Under the pieces are notes generated by a model. That model worked only from the letters and a program-made list of their open reading frames with translations, was not told where the DNA came from and ran no database searches. The position numbers and the translations under genes are program-made. This document shows, in pieces, positions 27,742 through 41,635 of a DNA stretch of 64,000 nt (its first letter is position 1; each line of letters begins with the position of its first letter). The DNA comes from Paramecium tetraurelia. Taxonomy: Eukaryota. The DNA lies in assembly GCA_000165425.1 (NCBI GenBank), contig CT867997.1:310001-374000 (forward strand), given 5' to 3'.

Positions 27742-30700
27742 TCATTTTATTTATTCTAAAATGCTAACAATAAAATTCTCTAACGATTTATTTAATTTTT
27801 ATTGTTTCTTCTTTCCTAACACTACATAGTTACAATAAAAATCTTATTTTGCATCTAATTCCTTTAAAATTAATTTAAAGAAATCAAATATCTTGTTAAT
27901 TTGGACACAAGAATGAGTAAGTAATTTTCTATTGTATGGATTAAATATCGTAATCGGCAAAGCAGGCAAGCAATAGTCTTATAAATTAAAAAAATAACTA
28001 AATAGGAATAATTAAATACCTAGAATTGGGATCATTAATATTTGCCAGCAGACCTATTCCAGTAGAAGAGGAATCGAAGAATTTTATGTAAAAGTTAAGC
28101 AAGTCAATAAATTGTTCGCTGATTAAATTAGAAGTAATTCTCTATTCTCTCATGTAAGAGTAAACCATAATTATTAATGAGTAGGAGGATAACCCTCCTA
28201 ATATATAATAAAATGAAATTATTACCTGTATATGATTCAGAGAGCTTAAGCTTTTTAATCATAGATTTTAAAATGAGTACAATCTATTATAAAGATGGGT
28301 ATTCTTCCATCCACTTTTTAACCAAATCAGTAGTTATTGAACCAATATGAGTAGGATAATTGCCATTCCCATTAAAATTAAAAGAGATGTCAACCTTTAT
28401 ACCACTCTTTAATTTCTGCTTTAGCTTTTTCCACAATTGAATTTGTTAATCGTCCAAGTTCCTTCCTTCATATTCAAATATGTTAATCTATGGATCTATT
28501 TCTAATTTGATAATTGGAACAGCTGAATTAAATATTGGACTAATTTCAATTAAATATATGTACTTTGCCTTGACCACCCACTTTTTTCTAGTAAACTCAA
28601 AAAATAAGTTATCAAAATGACTTTTTAACATATTCCTATTATAGACTTCTAAACCATTGATCCCAATATCGATATCCGAATCTATTAAAGCTAATCCTGT
28701 CGCACATGAGCCAAAGAGCCTAAATGTTAAGATTCATATTTACATAATCATTCCATCAGGAATACCTAAGAACACTTTCTAAATTACTGATTTAACTCTG
28801 TCAAAAGCCAAAAGTCTAAATGGGAGCATGTTTTCGTATTCACTCATAATATTATCAGTGAAATCAAGAATGTCTAAATTGATTTATTCAATCAATTTTT
28901 ATTTTCCCTTTTATTATACATTTTCTAATTACTCTTTCAAGCTTTTTTCTGAACTTTATGGCTTTATGCTTAGATTCTTTTTCTTGTCGATTTGCTAATT
29001 TTTCTTTTAAATTGAATGAGTGATTTCATCCTCTAAAGTGTTTTGAGAAATCTATTCACTTTCATTTGAAATTGAATTAATATCTTATTGACATTATGAG
29101 TCCTCAAACTGATTCCTTTTGAATGAACTAATCAATTTCGTTATATTTTTTTATTTTTCATTATTGTTTTTTTTAATTTTAATTGAATTTTTCATCTAAT
29201 TTTTTTTCTATTTTGTTTCTTCTTCTTCTGATGTAGAAGAAGTTCTATTAGAACAATGACTTTTAATTGTTTATGCTTGAGTTTCAATTGAAAATCTGGT
29301 GATTTCGGATTAAGGCGATTATAATTATAATTGTTCATCTCTGCTTTCTGGTATTGATTCTTAATATCCTTTTTACTTTTTTTTCATTCTTTTTTACTCT
29401 TTCAAAAATTATTCCTTAAATGAATTTTCATCATTTAGAGATATATTTGCAATCTCTAAAATGTGAATTGTAATTGTTTGACCAACATCAATATAGTCAT
29501 CATGTATTGGAATATCGGAATCTGTGATAAATTATTAAGAGATGGATTACTATTCAGTTTATTTTAGATTAGTCTTTAAATTTTTGAAACATTAAACTTT
29601 ATAAGATTATTGCTATGTGTTTGAAGACTTGTTGGATTCACTTAAATAAGAATAATGAATACTTTAAATCATCGCTAATTTCCTAAGCTGATGGGGTGTT
29701 TGGAGGTGTAACATAGGTATAAGTTAGGTTGCTTTGTGAATAGGATCTTTAAAACCTTAATATGTTTGATTCTTAAAGATTTTTGCTTGACAATCTTTTA
29801 TCTAATTCAATTGGATCTAGTCCTTTAAATGTTAACATTTTTTAGAATTTCTTTTTCTTCTTTTTTTTATCTTTTTTTTGTTTTTTATCTAAATTTTCAG
29901 TTTTAAATAATTCTTATTCTAAATGTTCTTAAAATAATTGTTAGACTATTTTGTAAAACTTCTTTAAAATGTAGGTTTTCTAATCAACTAAGTCATTCAT
30001 AGATGAAATTAGCATAGTATTAATGATATTTGTATCTGTGTGACATTTTAGTTAAAAATTAAACAGTAATTCAACTTGTGATTTCAATAATTTGATGGCT
30101 GTGCCTGAGAATATGTTTTCGTAAAATCTATTTTCCAAACGATCAGGTTGCTATTTAATTTCTGAATATATTTCCTAGAAATAGTAGGTTAACTAAAAGT
30201 AATTAATTTTATATTACTCTTTCCTTATTATTGGCTAGATTTTATAAAAAGAATTCCTTTAGTTCGCTTGAGGTATTTTTATAGATAGGCTCTCTAAAGA
30301 GTCTCTGTTTTTTCTTTTTCTCTCTGTGAAGATTGTAATGGAATGAAATATTTTTTTCAAATTCCTTGATGATCCAGACTGTGCAACTATGAAAACTGTT
30401 CTGATGAAACCAAATAGGGTCTTCTGCTTTTTCTAATGAGGTTTTTGGGAATGTGGATAGAAAATATTTATCAGAAAGGTCCTGCAATAAATCCAAAAAT
30501 GAGTTTAAATTTTCCAAATGTGGTTCAGCAACGAAAATAGTATCCATAAAATTTTCATCGTCAACGATATTCAATTTCGAATATAATTCCTTTATTAATT
30601 ATGCTTATTAAGTACTTCTGCTTTGGGATGGACTGCTTTAAAATTCATCATGAACTAATCATCAATTTTAGACTCCAAATTAATTGTTTTTCTAAATATA

Positions 30701-31051
30701 GTTTTAATATTAACTTTTGAAGTAGTGCATAAATTGAAGGGTTATTTAGTTTGTCATAGATGTACATTTTCATTATTGGAAAGGTTTTTATTTATCCTTT
30801 AATCTGAAATAGCTTATACAATTCGGATTATTCCAGTGTAGCGAGCCTGTAAAAATTAATCAACAAAACAGATACCATGATATCACTTCTGACTTGTATG
30901 TTGCAGTCGATGAATTCTATTCATGAATGTTATCCGCATACAAATTATAATAATAAGGATGCCTATATGGATACAAGCAATAATTGAAAGGCTGGAGAAA
31001 ATTCATTTAATTTATCTGATTCATCTATCTACATTACGATTATGATTACAT
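27742..31051 (-). CDS. Non-canonical poly(A)/poly(U) polymerase (Trf4/PAPD5/Cid family) with a long N-terminal extension
   Basis: LFGSCATGLALIDSDIDIGI (GS...DxD), SAVPIIKL, KVDISF (third Asp), YTGGLSSYSLIIMV and a PAP-associated region. Start codon is approximate. Confidence 0.88.
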
Positions 31052-31396
31052 GTTCTGAGATGAGTTTGTTCTGATAAATTTAGTTTATTTATTTTTATAT
31101 AATAATCTGAGAATCTTCAAAATTAGACCACATTAATATAATAAAAAGATATAAGGTACATAATTCTGTACCAGTCTAGAATTCCCCTTGTCATCCAATC
31201 AAAAATTGATCTACATATCAAAAAAATATGAGTTTAATTGAATCAATTAGAAATTATTTTTGTTCTTAAGAAATATCATTTTAAATTATTATTTTATATA
31301 ATACGCCACCTTCAAAAGCAATTAATAATTAAGTAATATATTATTATTTTATAATTATTGTTTACATAAACACACAAATCTCTAGCTATGTTAGAC

Positions 31397-33780
31397 TCAA
31401 TTAATAGTATAGAATTCAATCCTCTTATTTTCGTGGGCACTGTATAAATATTTTCCATCGGAAAGAACTTTATTGCATCCATAAGGATTCATAGTAATTT
31501 CCTAAACTTTTTATGGCTAAGTGTCTAATTTCCAAACTGTAATCTTCCCCTCTTGCTCAAAGCCCATCAGCCCAGCAAATAGATACTATGATTCAGTATC
31601 AAAACTTATAGAATGAACTGGATAATCTTCTTCAAGATTTCTTAGTTCCTATAATTTTGGATATTGCCATATTTTTATATGGTTATCCTTTGAACCACTT
31701 ATCAAAATTCCACTATTTTAAGAATTAGACAAAGCTAGACACAATATTAAATTGTTATGCCCACTAACATCTAAAATCTTACTATTTTTTTATGTATCAT
31801 ATAAAATAATATTTTTTCCACTTGCTATAACTAAGTTATGCCTTTCAGCAGCCAAAGCACTGACTCTGGCATTAGTTTTAAATGAATTATGTAATTTTCC
31901 TTCAAAATCCCAAAATTTAACATATGTGTCATCTGATCCTGATGCAATGTAGTTTCCAACGAATTCCAGACATCTTATTCTATCTGCATGTCCTTCACAT
32001 ATATGGACTTACTTCCAAAGTGGACATGGTTTCCATATACGAACTGTTTTATCAACAGATCCACTTGCAATAATTCGTTTTTTTGAAAATGCAATACATA
32101 ATACTTGATCCTCATGTTCCTTTAGAGTAATCTTTAATTTTCTTGATAGTCTATGACTTAACAATTATATTTTACTTGTCCCATATTTTAATTGAATTAT
32201 CTTTGGAACAAGAAATAATTTTATCAGTATCCATCAATGCAAGATATTTCACACTTTTATCATGGCCTTTTAATGTTTAATCACATTCTATTGACAAAGG
32301 ATTCAACAAATTTGGAGTGATTTTTACCAAAGGTGGACCAATAGACCTAATGTTTGGATTTTAAATACTTTGAACTAATGTAAGATAAATCTAATTATGA
32401 TTTGTTATCATTATTATATTATCCTTAAAGATTAGACAATGATGAGGTAGACTATTTAATGTTGTTTTGTTATTGATGGATATTTTATACTTTAGGTTCA
32501 AATAGAAGTTGATTTGAGATAGAATAAGGTTATTCATTTGATTATTTGTTATCTTAAAATATTGTATATGGATAATTATTATTCTCATTTGTATAATTTT
32601 CTTATTATTAATTAAGGATCTCACTTGTAGCAGGAATGAAATTAATATTCTAGTACTTCTCATCCTTTGATGTAGCCTATGAAGGATAAGAATTGTTATC
32701 TTTTAAGAAACCTTTATTGTCATTTTAAGTTAAGGGCTTCTGACTAGCAAAATAGCCTGTTTAATGGGTTTATTCTTACTAAATATACTTGAACACACTT
32801 TGTTATTATGGAGACTTTAGAGATTTTGGAGACCTATCGAATATTTTAGATTCTGGAGACTTGGCTAATATGTCTATAGACTGAGTTTGCATATTATTAA
32901 CTTTGAAAGGTTCGACTGGCCTTTGTATTTCAAAAGATGAATTGTATGTATTTTATTTAGATCGATTGCTCTCTTAATTTTAGGCTCTATCCGATGATTT
33001 ATCCAGGTCAAAGGGTTTAGTAATTTTGAATGAGTTTTATGTGTCTTATCTGCTTCTGCCTGACTATTGAGAATCTTATTCTGTGAAGTAATTCTTTAGT
33101 TTTGAGTTATTAAATGATCCAACTGGCATTAAATCCCTTTATAGTAACTACTTTCTTATGGGGGAGATGCTGGCTTATTTTTATTAGAAAATTGGTTCTT
33201 TGGATCGATTTGATCTATTACTTAGTTCTGGAGAAATGTCTTTGACTTCAGATAAATTGGATTTATAATTGAGAATGCTCTAAGACTGTGATGGTTACTA
33301 ACTTGTTTATGCAGTCTGGGCTTATCTTATAGGTAATTATGAAAATGTCTATTTCACCTATTTTTCGATATCAACAATCTATTCATAAAATGATTCTAAA
33401 TATTCTTTATCCCTTAATTGATCTCTTTGAATTAATTCAATCAACTTTGATTGGAATTGTTAAACACTCATCTTGTCTTATTTTAATTATTTCACCAATT
33501 CTTTTTTTCTTTTCTCATCTATTGAACTCACATCAATTAATAATTAAGATATTTTGCTATGAAAGAAAGCCTTTAACTATTCAAGTTTCTGCAATATGTT
33601 GGTTTAATACTCAGTATTTAAGTATTTGAATTATTCATTTATGTAAGCATCCAAATTTTTAATCATGTGTGAATCATGAGTATCAATACACATATCACAA
33701 AGTGGTCCTTTCCTTGTACAATCATGTTACAAACATACTTTTGTATATGGTAATGAATGCAGTTAGCAATAATATTACAT
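31397..33780 (-). CDS. Protein with an N-terminal Cys/His zinc-binding motif, Ser/Gln-rich linker and C-terminal WD40 repeats
   Basis: MQYYCQLHSLPYTKVCLQHDCTRKGPLCDMCIDTH; WD repeats IASGSVDKTVRIW, GHADRIRCLEFVGNYIASGSDDTYVKFWD, LISGSKDNHIKIW. Confidence 0.85.
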
Positions 33781-34027
33781 AATATAAATTATTATTGTTA
33801 GATTACTCAGAAAATCAAATGAAAATATTACACAATAACTTTATATTTAATTCGTAAATAATTCATCAATTTGTTATCATATTCTTATTTTTCATAGAAA
33901 TATAAAATTGAATCAAAAATAATGTCAATATTAATTTCAATATTATTTAAGATTTGAATAACATCAATACTCCATCAATCTAATTATGGAGAGTAAATAC
34001 ATAATATATTTATAAATAATTAAATTA

Positions 34028-34691
34028 ATGTTTTCAGAAAGATAAGTCAGAGTTACCTTGACTCTACCAAAATTTCAAGGCAATCCAAAATTTGAATCAG
34101 GAGCTCAAACCACTACTTCAAGTTCAAGTATCCTCTTCTTTATATTTAGGGATCATTTCAATCACCTCTAGACACTAACCACTTGGAAATCGATTTCATA
34201 AACATGCTATGACTTCTCTCTCCAATCCAAAGCATCCCCAACTCTACACTCCCTAGCAAGAAAGCAAAAGAGCAAAGAGGTTGAAAAATATTCCTTATGA
34301 ACTCTAATATTTCACTGCAAAACTTCCGAATAAAAATTTTACCTCTAGTCACTTGATGTGTAATGAATTACTCAAACCTTAATCTAATAGTATTGAAAAT
34401 AAGGATAAATGGCAGATTAAATCTTATATTCCCAAAACAAATAATGTGTTCAGTTTATGTAAATTAAAAAAAATTGATTAATAAGAGAAGAGAAAAGAGA
34501 ATTTTTAAGATTTGTCATATTTTAGAAATCTGAATAGGAAAGATATTGAAATTGAAAAGATCAAAGTAATAATTGTTAATAATGGTTAGAGGTATAATAA
34601 ATAAAGATTAGTCACTTAGAAATTGATAAGTGAATTCATCCGATAATTCAAATCTCATGCTAAAATTGAAAATTTCAGTTTCAATCTATGA
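34028..34691 (+). CDS. Hypothetical protein (2 introns)
   Basis: Continuous code-6 frame from MFSERQVRVTLTLPKF to AKIENFSFNL* after removing two GT-AG introns of 22 and 24 nt. Confidence 0.7.
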
Positions 34692-34801
34692 AGATCAATA
34701 GAAATTGTTGATAAACTGTCTCAATATATAACTATCATATAAATGTTGTTCATCATTAAAAACTTTTTATATTAAAATAAAAATAATTTTAATAAAATAG
34801 A

Positions 34802-35654
34802 ATGCTTCAAAATTTTATTAAGTTTTAATCATCCATAGGTAAAGCTTATTAGTAATAAACAAGAAAACCGGGATAAACTACTTAAATTCTTATAAAATTG
34901 GCAATTATTACAAAGTTATAGACTCATAGGGTACAATAATGAAGAATCAGAAATGAAATTCTCTATATATTGTACTTAATATGTTTAACTCTATATAGAA
35001 CAATTATACATTTGCAGAAGATTATTCCGATTAGGAAAGAGCCTTTAAACTATACTAAACATTTTTGAAAAAAAAAACTTATAAAGTCCAAAAAAGGCAT
35101 ATAATAAAATTCCTCATGCTGTCAATTAAATGACTACTTATTCAGTGTATATATTTTATTTCTTCTTTCATTTGATTGAAAATATCATGGTCATTCATTA
35201 ATTGGGATTTTTTGAGAAAAAATTTAATCATAAATTGTTAAAAATAACATCACACACATTCTGGGCTTTAGGCTTACTAACTTAACTTATCTATTATTTG
35301 AATAGACTTAGATCAGCATTTCGAAGGTATTTTTATCTTTATAGAGAGAGAGTTAGAATTGAAATCTTAAATCTAAAATGGAATGACCAATGGAGATTTT
35401 CTTGAGTAATTGAAGTCCTTCTCTAAAGAAAGATATTAATATGGATTGTTGATTTTAAGAATCATTGGTGATCTAGCTTGCGCTATGTAGAAAGCTTAAA
35501 TTCCTGAAAAAATTGTAATTAATTGCTACTATACAAGTTACATACTAGATTTAATAGAGGTCTAGTTGCATGTGGAGGAATGTTGAGCTCAATAATCTAG
35601 ATTTATTTATAGGCATCTAAAATCAATAAAAAATAGAATGTCATTGAAGTATGA
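34802..35654 (+). CDS. PEX11: Peroxisomal membrane protein PEX11 family
   Basis: ENRDKLLKFLQN, CRRLFRLGKSL, LILRIIGDLACA, GLVACGGMLSSII. Confidence 0.85.
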
Positions 35655-35907
35655 GTAATGAAATAGTGAGATATTTAATATTGATACCTCAAATTTATTT
35701 AATCATAATAAACATAATGGGTTTAATATATGTTTGAGATAGTTTTTTATATTTTATCAATTATAATTTAAGTTTTGTTGTTCATCTCTAATGACCTGAA
35801 TGTTTTAAATTATATAGTTTAAAAAAGATTTTGAGACAAGAGAATTAATACAAGTACTAATGTTAAATATATAGTTATAATTAGAACAATAAACATTCAA
35901 TAACAAT

Positions 35908-36427
35908 TCAACTTTGCCATACCAAATTTAGGTTAATTCTTGAATAAAAGATTTCTGGAAACTTTTTATATAAATTTAAAAGAGTGTTATAAAAAAATAA
36001 CAAAAGTATTATCCAAAATACATCACTAAAGTAAAAGCTGGTAATTTAGATCCTTTAAAAATAACAATTTCCCCATATTTAATCCACCATGGATTTAGTC
36101 ATAATAAGTGCTATGAATTTAAAAACAATGCTTAAAATTGTAGCAATCAGGAGGTATGATTTAAACATTCTAAAAATGGAAAATATAAATAGTAAAAGCG
36201 TTATTAAAACTAAATAACAAGAAATTGCATGCATAATTGTTGCTGGTATTACCTCACATTCATTACCTTAATTATGAATTCACAATACTTATCTCAGAAG
36301 TGAAGTTAGTAAATGTTATTCCTTCCAATAAACAAACAAATACAGACAATCCTAATGTTAAAATTAACAATTGCAAAGTTTTCTTTAATGTTGGTGGAAG
36401 CTATTTATTAAACAATGATTATTCCAT
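35908..36427 (-). CDS. Hypothetical multi-pass membrane protein (3' end uncertain, possibly damaged)
   Basis: MEQSLFNKQLPPTLKKTLQLLILTLGLSVFVCLL, a 22-nt intron, then AISCYLVLITLLLFIFSIF and YLLIATILSIVFKFIALI. A further TM-like segment lies out of frame past the TGA. Confidence 0.55.
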
Positions 36428-36664
36428 ACTATAACTTGATTATATAATAATGCAAGTTATTCATGTAAATAAAACTAAATACAATGAATTCTACATTCCG
36501 GCTAATTTTAACTAACTCATTTAAAAATGAAGAATGAGTATATTAATTAAATCTAATAGCAAGTGGATTTCTATATCTATTTTGAATACAAAAGTTAATG
36601 TTTCAGAAATTTTATTTACAATCAATCCATATATTTATAATCAAATAATTTATTATAAAAAAAG

Positions 36665-37371
36665 TCAATCATAATTAAGTTTTTTTCTTTGGTTTGATTT
36701 CAAAAACAGATTTCAAAGCATAAGTCCCTGGCCCAGGTGATTCGTTCTTCAGTCCAGGTAATGGTCTATCTCCAAATCCGAATGTGATTTATTTAAATCT
36801 ATTGTTTTAAATGATGTTATCAGTGGGAAGATAAATAGTTGGGGAGGCTGTTTTTGGTAATTTGATATCAGAGCTAATAAATAACTTTTGGTTCGTACTT
36901 AATTTTGCCATAGATACTAAAGGCTTTAGTTTTATTCAGCAATTTTAGATCATATGATCCAGGACCTGGAACATCCAAAGTTCTTGTTGATTATAGTTTC
37001 ATTCCAAAACTGCATGATCTACAAGATGACTATTTTAAATCATAAGTTCCAGGAGCCGGATTTAATTGATCTCTTTTCTCAAGATCTAATGGTCTAAGCT
37101 ATTTGTTCCCGAATCCAAAAGATGTAGTCCTTTTAGTTTTAGTGTCTGTTAGACAAAGATATTTTGGAGAAGGAAGTTAAGGAGCATGATGAGATTAGAA
37201 TCTTTCAGCTCTAGGAAATGATAATTAAGGATTGGTTTATTATAAAATGCTTGAGCTAAGTTGATTTGGTTCACTAAATTATCCACGAAAGGTGTTGTTA
37301 TTAATCAGTTTCATGACTGAAAAAAGAGGTTTGCTTTTAAGATGTTATGAGTTATTCTCATTATTTATCAT
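36665..37371 (-). CDS. SHIPPO-1/ODF3-like PGP-repeat ciliary protein
   Basis: SFPRAERF, TTSFGFGNK, and repeats PAPGTYDL, VPGPGSYDL, SPGPGTYAL. Confidence 0.85.
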
Positions 37372-37852
37372 AATAAAATAAAATAAAATCTATTCACATT
37401 ATATTATAAATGGGACTTATAAAAATAATTGTGATTTTTCAAAAAAATTGTTATTAAATCAAATTTTCAAGAATTATTCTTTAATATTCTAAATAAAATC
37501 ATCATCATACAGTGTTATTATGACATGTATATTATTATTTATATTGTTCAATTGTATAATTTATAATGTAGTTTTATTTTGAAACATAGAGATAATTATA
37601 TTGTAGAGTTTTTAAATTTAATTTAAAGGTTAAATTCACCTGATTTTGTATTAAGACTAACAACCTACTTGATTAAATGATGAAATCACTATCATTTAGA
37701 TATTTCTTAAATACAAGTATATAAGAGGGGTTGTATTTAATATAATTAGATTGAATTGTAAGCCTAACACTATCTGTTATTTAAAAGTTTGATAATTTTT
37801 CATTTGTGTTATTAAACTTTTTGAGTAAAAATAAAAATATAATATTAATATA

Positions 37853-38764
37853 ATGTATAGAGCAAGAAGGCATCCAGATCTTGATAATATGCCTGAGTTT
37901 TTATTCGAAAGTAAAAATAGTGTAATGATTTCAAGATACTCTGATATTATCGGATCCAAGAGAGGAAAATTGTTATTCAACAATAAAAGATTATTGTTGT
38001 CCAAATTTCACTTTGATGTCTTTTACTGCCATAGTTTCATTGATTCAATTGTCTTTGTTTATTGTTATGTGTTTCTTTGGGGATTTTAATCTTCAGAATA
38101 CTATTTTGTGTATAGTATTTAAATATTATTTACTAAAGAATTCTCTGACGAAACTCTTGATAGTTTTGGAAGGTGCTCTGCATATAATGTGAAATACCAA
38201 TTAGAGTTCTATAGACTATTAACTTGTCTGTTCATTTTTAACAATGTCAAAGATTTGTGTGGAGAACTATTGTTGTAAGTGATTGTTGTTTCAATGGCGG
38301 AGAAGTTTATTGATAAGAAAACCACGTTGTGCCTTTATTTGTTGACTGGAGTGGCTGGATCTATAACATTCATAGTGTTTTATGATCAAAGTATACAAGG
38401 AAATTCATTTTGTGTTTTTGGAATGGTTGGCTTAATGTTTGGGTTTATAATTTAGAATGCATAATAAGTAAATTAAATTACAATATCAAAGGATGAGGCA
38501 AGACAAGTAATCATGCAAGTAACCATGTTTATATTTATTATTGGACTAATTGGGTTTTTTTATAAAAACTCATTAATTTTTGGAATTTACGGAAGTTTCT
38601 TAATTGGAATTATAATCGGATTGATTTAACCAACATAAAATAGAATCTTTTAAAGAACCAAATTGAAATTCGTTGGATTAGGTGTTATTTTCATGTACTT
38701 TACTGGATTTATTTATATTTTTTTTTCTTTTAGAATACCATCACGTCCTATTCAATAACAATGA
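37853..38764 (+). CDS. Rhomboid-family membrane protein, probably catalytically inactive
   Basis: After two introns: QLEFYRLLTCLF, LYLLTGVAGSI, IQGNSFCVFGMVG. The TM6 region reads LIFGIYGSFLIG with no His. Confidence 0.8.
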
Positions 38765-38846
38765 GTTTTAATTATTTTGATTAATTAATTTATTTGAATA
38801 ACAAAATCACTCTATTTAATTATATTAAAATTAAAAACGAAGATAA

Positions 38847-40391
38847 ATGGACAAAAAAGGCAACTTTGAAAAGTTAAGGTAGAAGTTGTAAAGTGATTTA
38901 TTCAAAAACGAGAATCACTAAAAATAGTAAACCGACGAAATCATAAACTAATGTCCTTAGATTTTAGACTATGTTCATTGCTCAAGTTAGAGTGAACTTA
39001 AAGAAGTGCCAACTAAATTGATAGATGTTCTCTCAAATCAGAAACAATTGGAATAAATGAAGCAGTCCTTTCAAAATCAGTACTAAGTAGGTAAGACATT
39101 AGGAGAAGGTGCTCATGCAGTAGTTCGACAATGTTGGCAAATTACAAATCCTGATGAAACCTATGCTGTCAAAATTACCAGGAATCCAGACCCTGAAATC
39201 ACAGAAATAATGAAACAAACATTCCTAAATACAGTCTCCTTGAATCATCCATATATATGCTAAACTAATATGCTTTACATAGATCCTAATATGGAGTGCT
39301 CATATCTAGTCATGGAATATCTGCCATATCCAAGTCTATAGCAAATCCTCAAAGAAAGATAGAAACTGCAATTTGAGGAAGTCCGCTTAATTACCAGACA
39401 GTTATTTGAAGCAGTATCTTATCTCCATTAAGTTGGATTATGCCATAGAGATATTAAACCAGATAATATAGTATTTGATAGTGATTCGAATTCAATTAAA
39501 TTGATTGATTTTGGTGTTTCAAAAAGATTTCTTGTTACTGAAAAAGGTTGTAAAGATATTAAAAATAACCTTATGTGGACTGTTACTGGAACCATGCCAT
39601 ATCAAGCACCAGAATTATGGAAAGGAACCGGATATTCCAATAAAATTGATATATGGGCTATAGGAGTAGTTTGCTATTAAATGCTATGTGCAAAGTTGCC
39701 TTTGGATTAAGCAAACCAAATGGAAAGTTTTTCTACTTAAACTGAGTATACTGGCCATTTTCAAGACGAATAGTTTGCTAAGCTTCCTCCATTAATTATT
39801 GACTTTGTTAAAAGAATCCTAAAATGGGATCCAGAAAAACGAATCACATCCTAAGGTATTATCAATTTATAATTTAAAGAGGCTCTTCTTCATCCTTGGC
39901 TTTATTAATCAAAATTAATACCAACACATTTCAAAGGAAATTCTAAAGATGATAATTTCTCCAGTTCAAATGATAAACCTTTATTAGCCCTTTTGAGATC
40001 TATGTAAGCTAATGCTAAGATTTTTTCATAATCTGTTTCCAATGCCAACGAGAATTGTATTGATAAAACTGACTTCAATAAAAATCATGGGTAAATCATA
40101 ATTGGTTTAAAAGAAACGAGTTAATAAATAAGAGATAAATCCATTCATTTTTAATAATCAATTCATTCTATGAATCTAAATAAATGCTTTTCTAAACCTA
40201 ATACAGATGATGTTAAAGATCTTTTTGATGTTATTAGTTATTGTGATAGCAATTCTTCCTTTGAGGATCTAGAAGAAAAACCATATATATAAACTCAAAA
40301 ATAAAATAAGCAATATAGCTACAACAATAAAAAATGGCATTTTCCAAAAGAATCAGCATTATTAAAGAAGAACATGGATAGCTTTGAGTGA
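38847..40391 (+). CDS. Ser/Thr protein kinase (CAMK-like)
   Basis: LGEGAHAVV, YAVK, CHRDIKPDN, LIDFGVSK, TGTMPYQAPE, DIWAIG. Confidence 0.92.
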
Positions 40392-41198
40392 ACTATTTGA
40401 TTTCAAATATTAATGTTGAAAATTCATCGAAATTTAGATTGATATTTCTTCTAATTTAAAAGATTTTATTAATTTCATTAATATTTTAGTAGTCATTTAT
40501 TATATCAAGATGTAAATTCATATTCATTTGATCCTCATCAATTATATGTCTTAAATATGATTTATATTTTTGATAAGAAAACCACTAAGTATTAAATTTA
40601 ATAATATTCTTCTATTATCATTTCATCAAAATAACTATAAATTCTTTAAATCCTTTTAAATTATTTTAGTTTGTTTATTTTAATTAAGAATAATATGGAT
40701 TGAACAATATTCCAATATTATAGGAGAATCTAGAATAGAAAGGGAGTGATTAAATGGTTAGAATAACATTTTATAATTCTTATATGTGGTATATTTTAGG
40801 CTAATATTATCTCTTAAATCAGTTTAGATATATTTATATTCTAAACAGAATAACTCATTATTATAATAAAAAATGAATGAATTCTATTTTTTGTTTAACA
40901 TTTAATCCAAGATTGAGCGAATTCTTATTAATTATCACATCCTAGCATAGAAATTAAAGGAAAGATCTAAATTTATAAACTTTCCTAAAACATATATTAA
41001 GTGTGATGTTGAAATTTCAGTTATTTTTAATGATTATAGACTGTGAAGAGGTGATCGAATTGAGTGGTTAAGAGAGTGTACAAGTTTAAATGTTTTAAAT
41101 CTTGAATGGATATTATGATATTTTATACATTAATTAGATTGGAATAAAGTGTCAAAGGATTATAGCATAATTTAAAAATAATTTTTTAAATAAATACA

Positions 41199-41585
41199 AT
41201 GTAATTCGTCGCTGCTTATGCTTTGTTAGTTTTGGGAGGAAAGGCTCAACCAAGTAATTCATATCACAATGAATATCGTAGCTGAGGCAGATATCAAGGG
41301 ATTATTGGCTGAAGTAGGTGCTCAAGGAGCTGATGATTAAATCAAGGCAATTGTTGATGCATTGAAAGGAAAGACTCTTGCTGATGTTATCAGTGAAGGA
41401 TTGAAAAAAGTAGGCACTCTCTAATTGGGAGGAGGAGGTATATATCCGAATCACTATCTTAAGCTGCATCAAATGCTCCAGCTAAGGCCTAAGCTCCAGC
41501 TGCTGCCAAATAAGAGGCACCAAAGCCAGTTGAAAAGGCCCCAGAACCAGAAGAAGACGTTGACATGGGTGGTTTGTTTGACTGA
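41199..41585 (+). CDS. RPLP2: 60S acidic ribosomal protein P2
   Basis: MQFVAAYALLVLGGK...LKGKTLADVISEGLKK...Ala/Pro hinge...EEDVDMGGLFD*; two introns. Confidence 0.96.
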
Positions 41586-41635
41586 TTATACATTTTAGTA
41601 CATTCATATACATATATTAAATATTTTATCATAAA

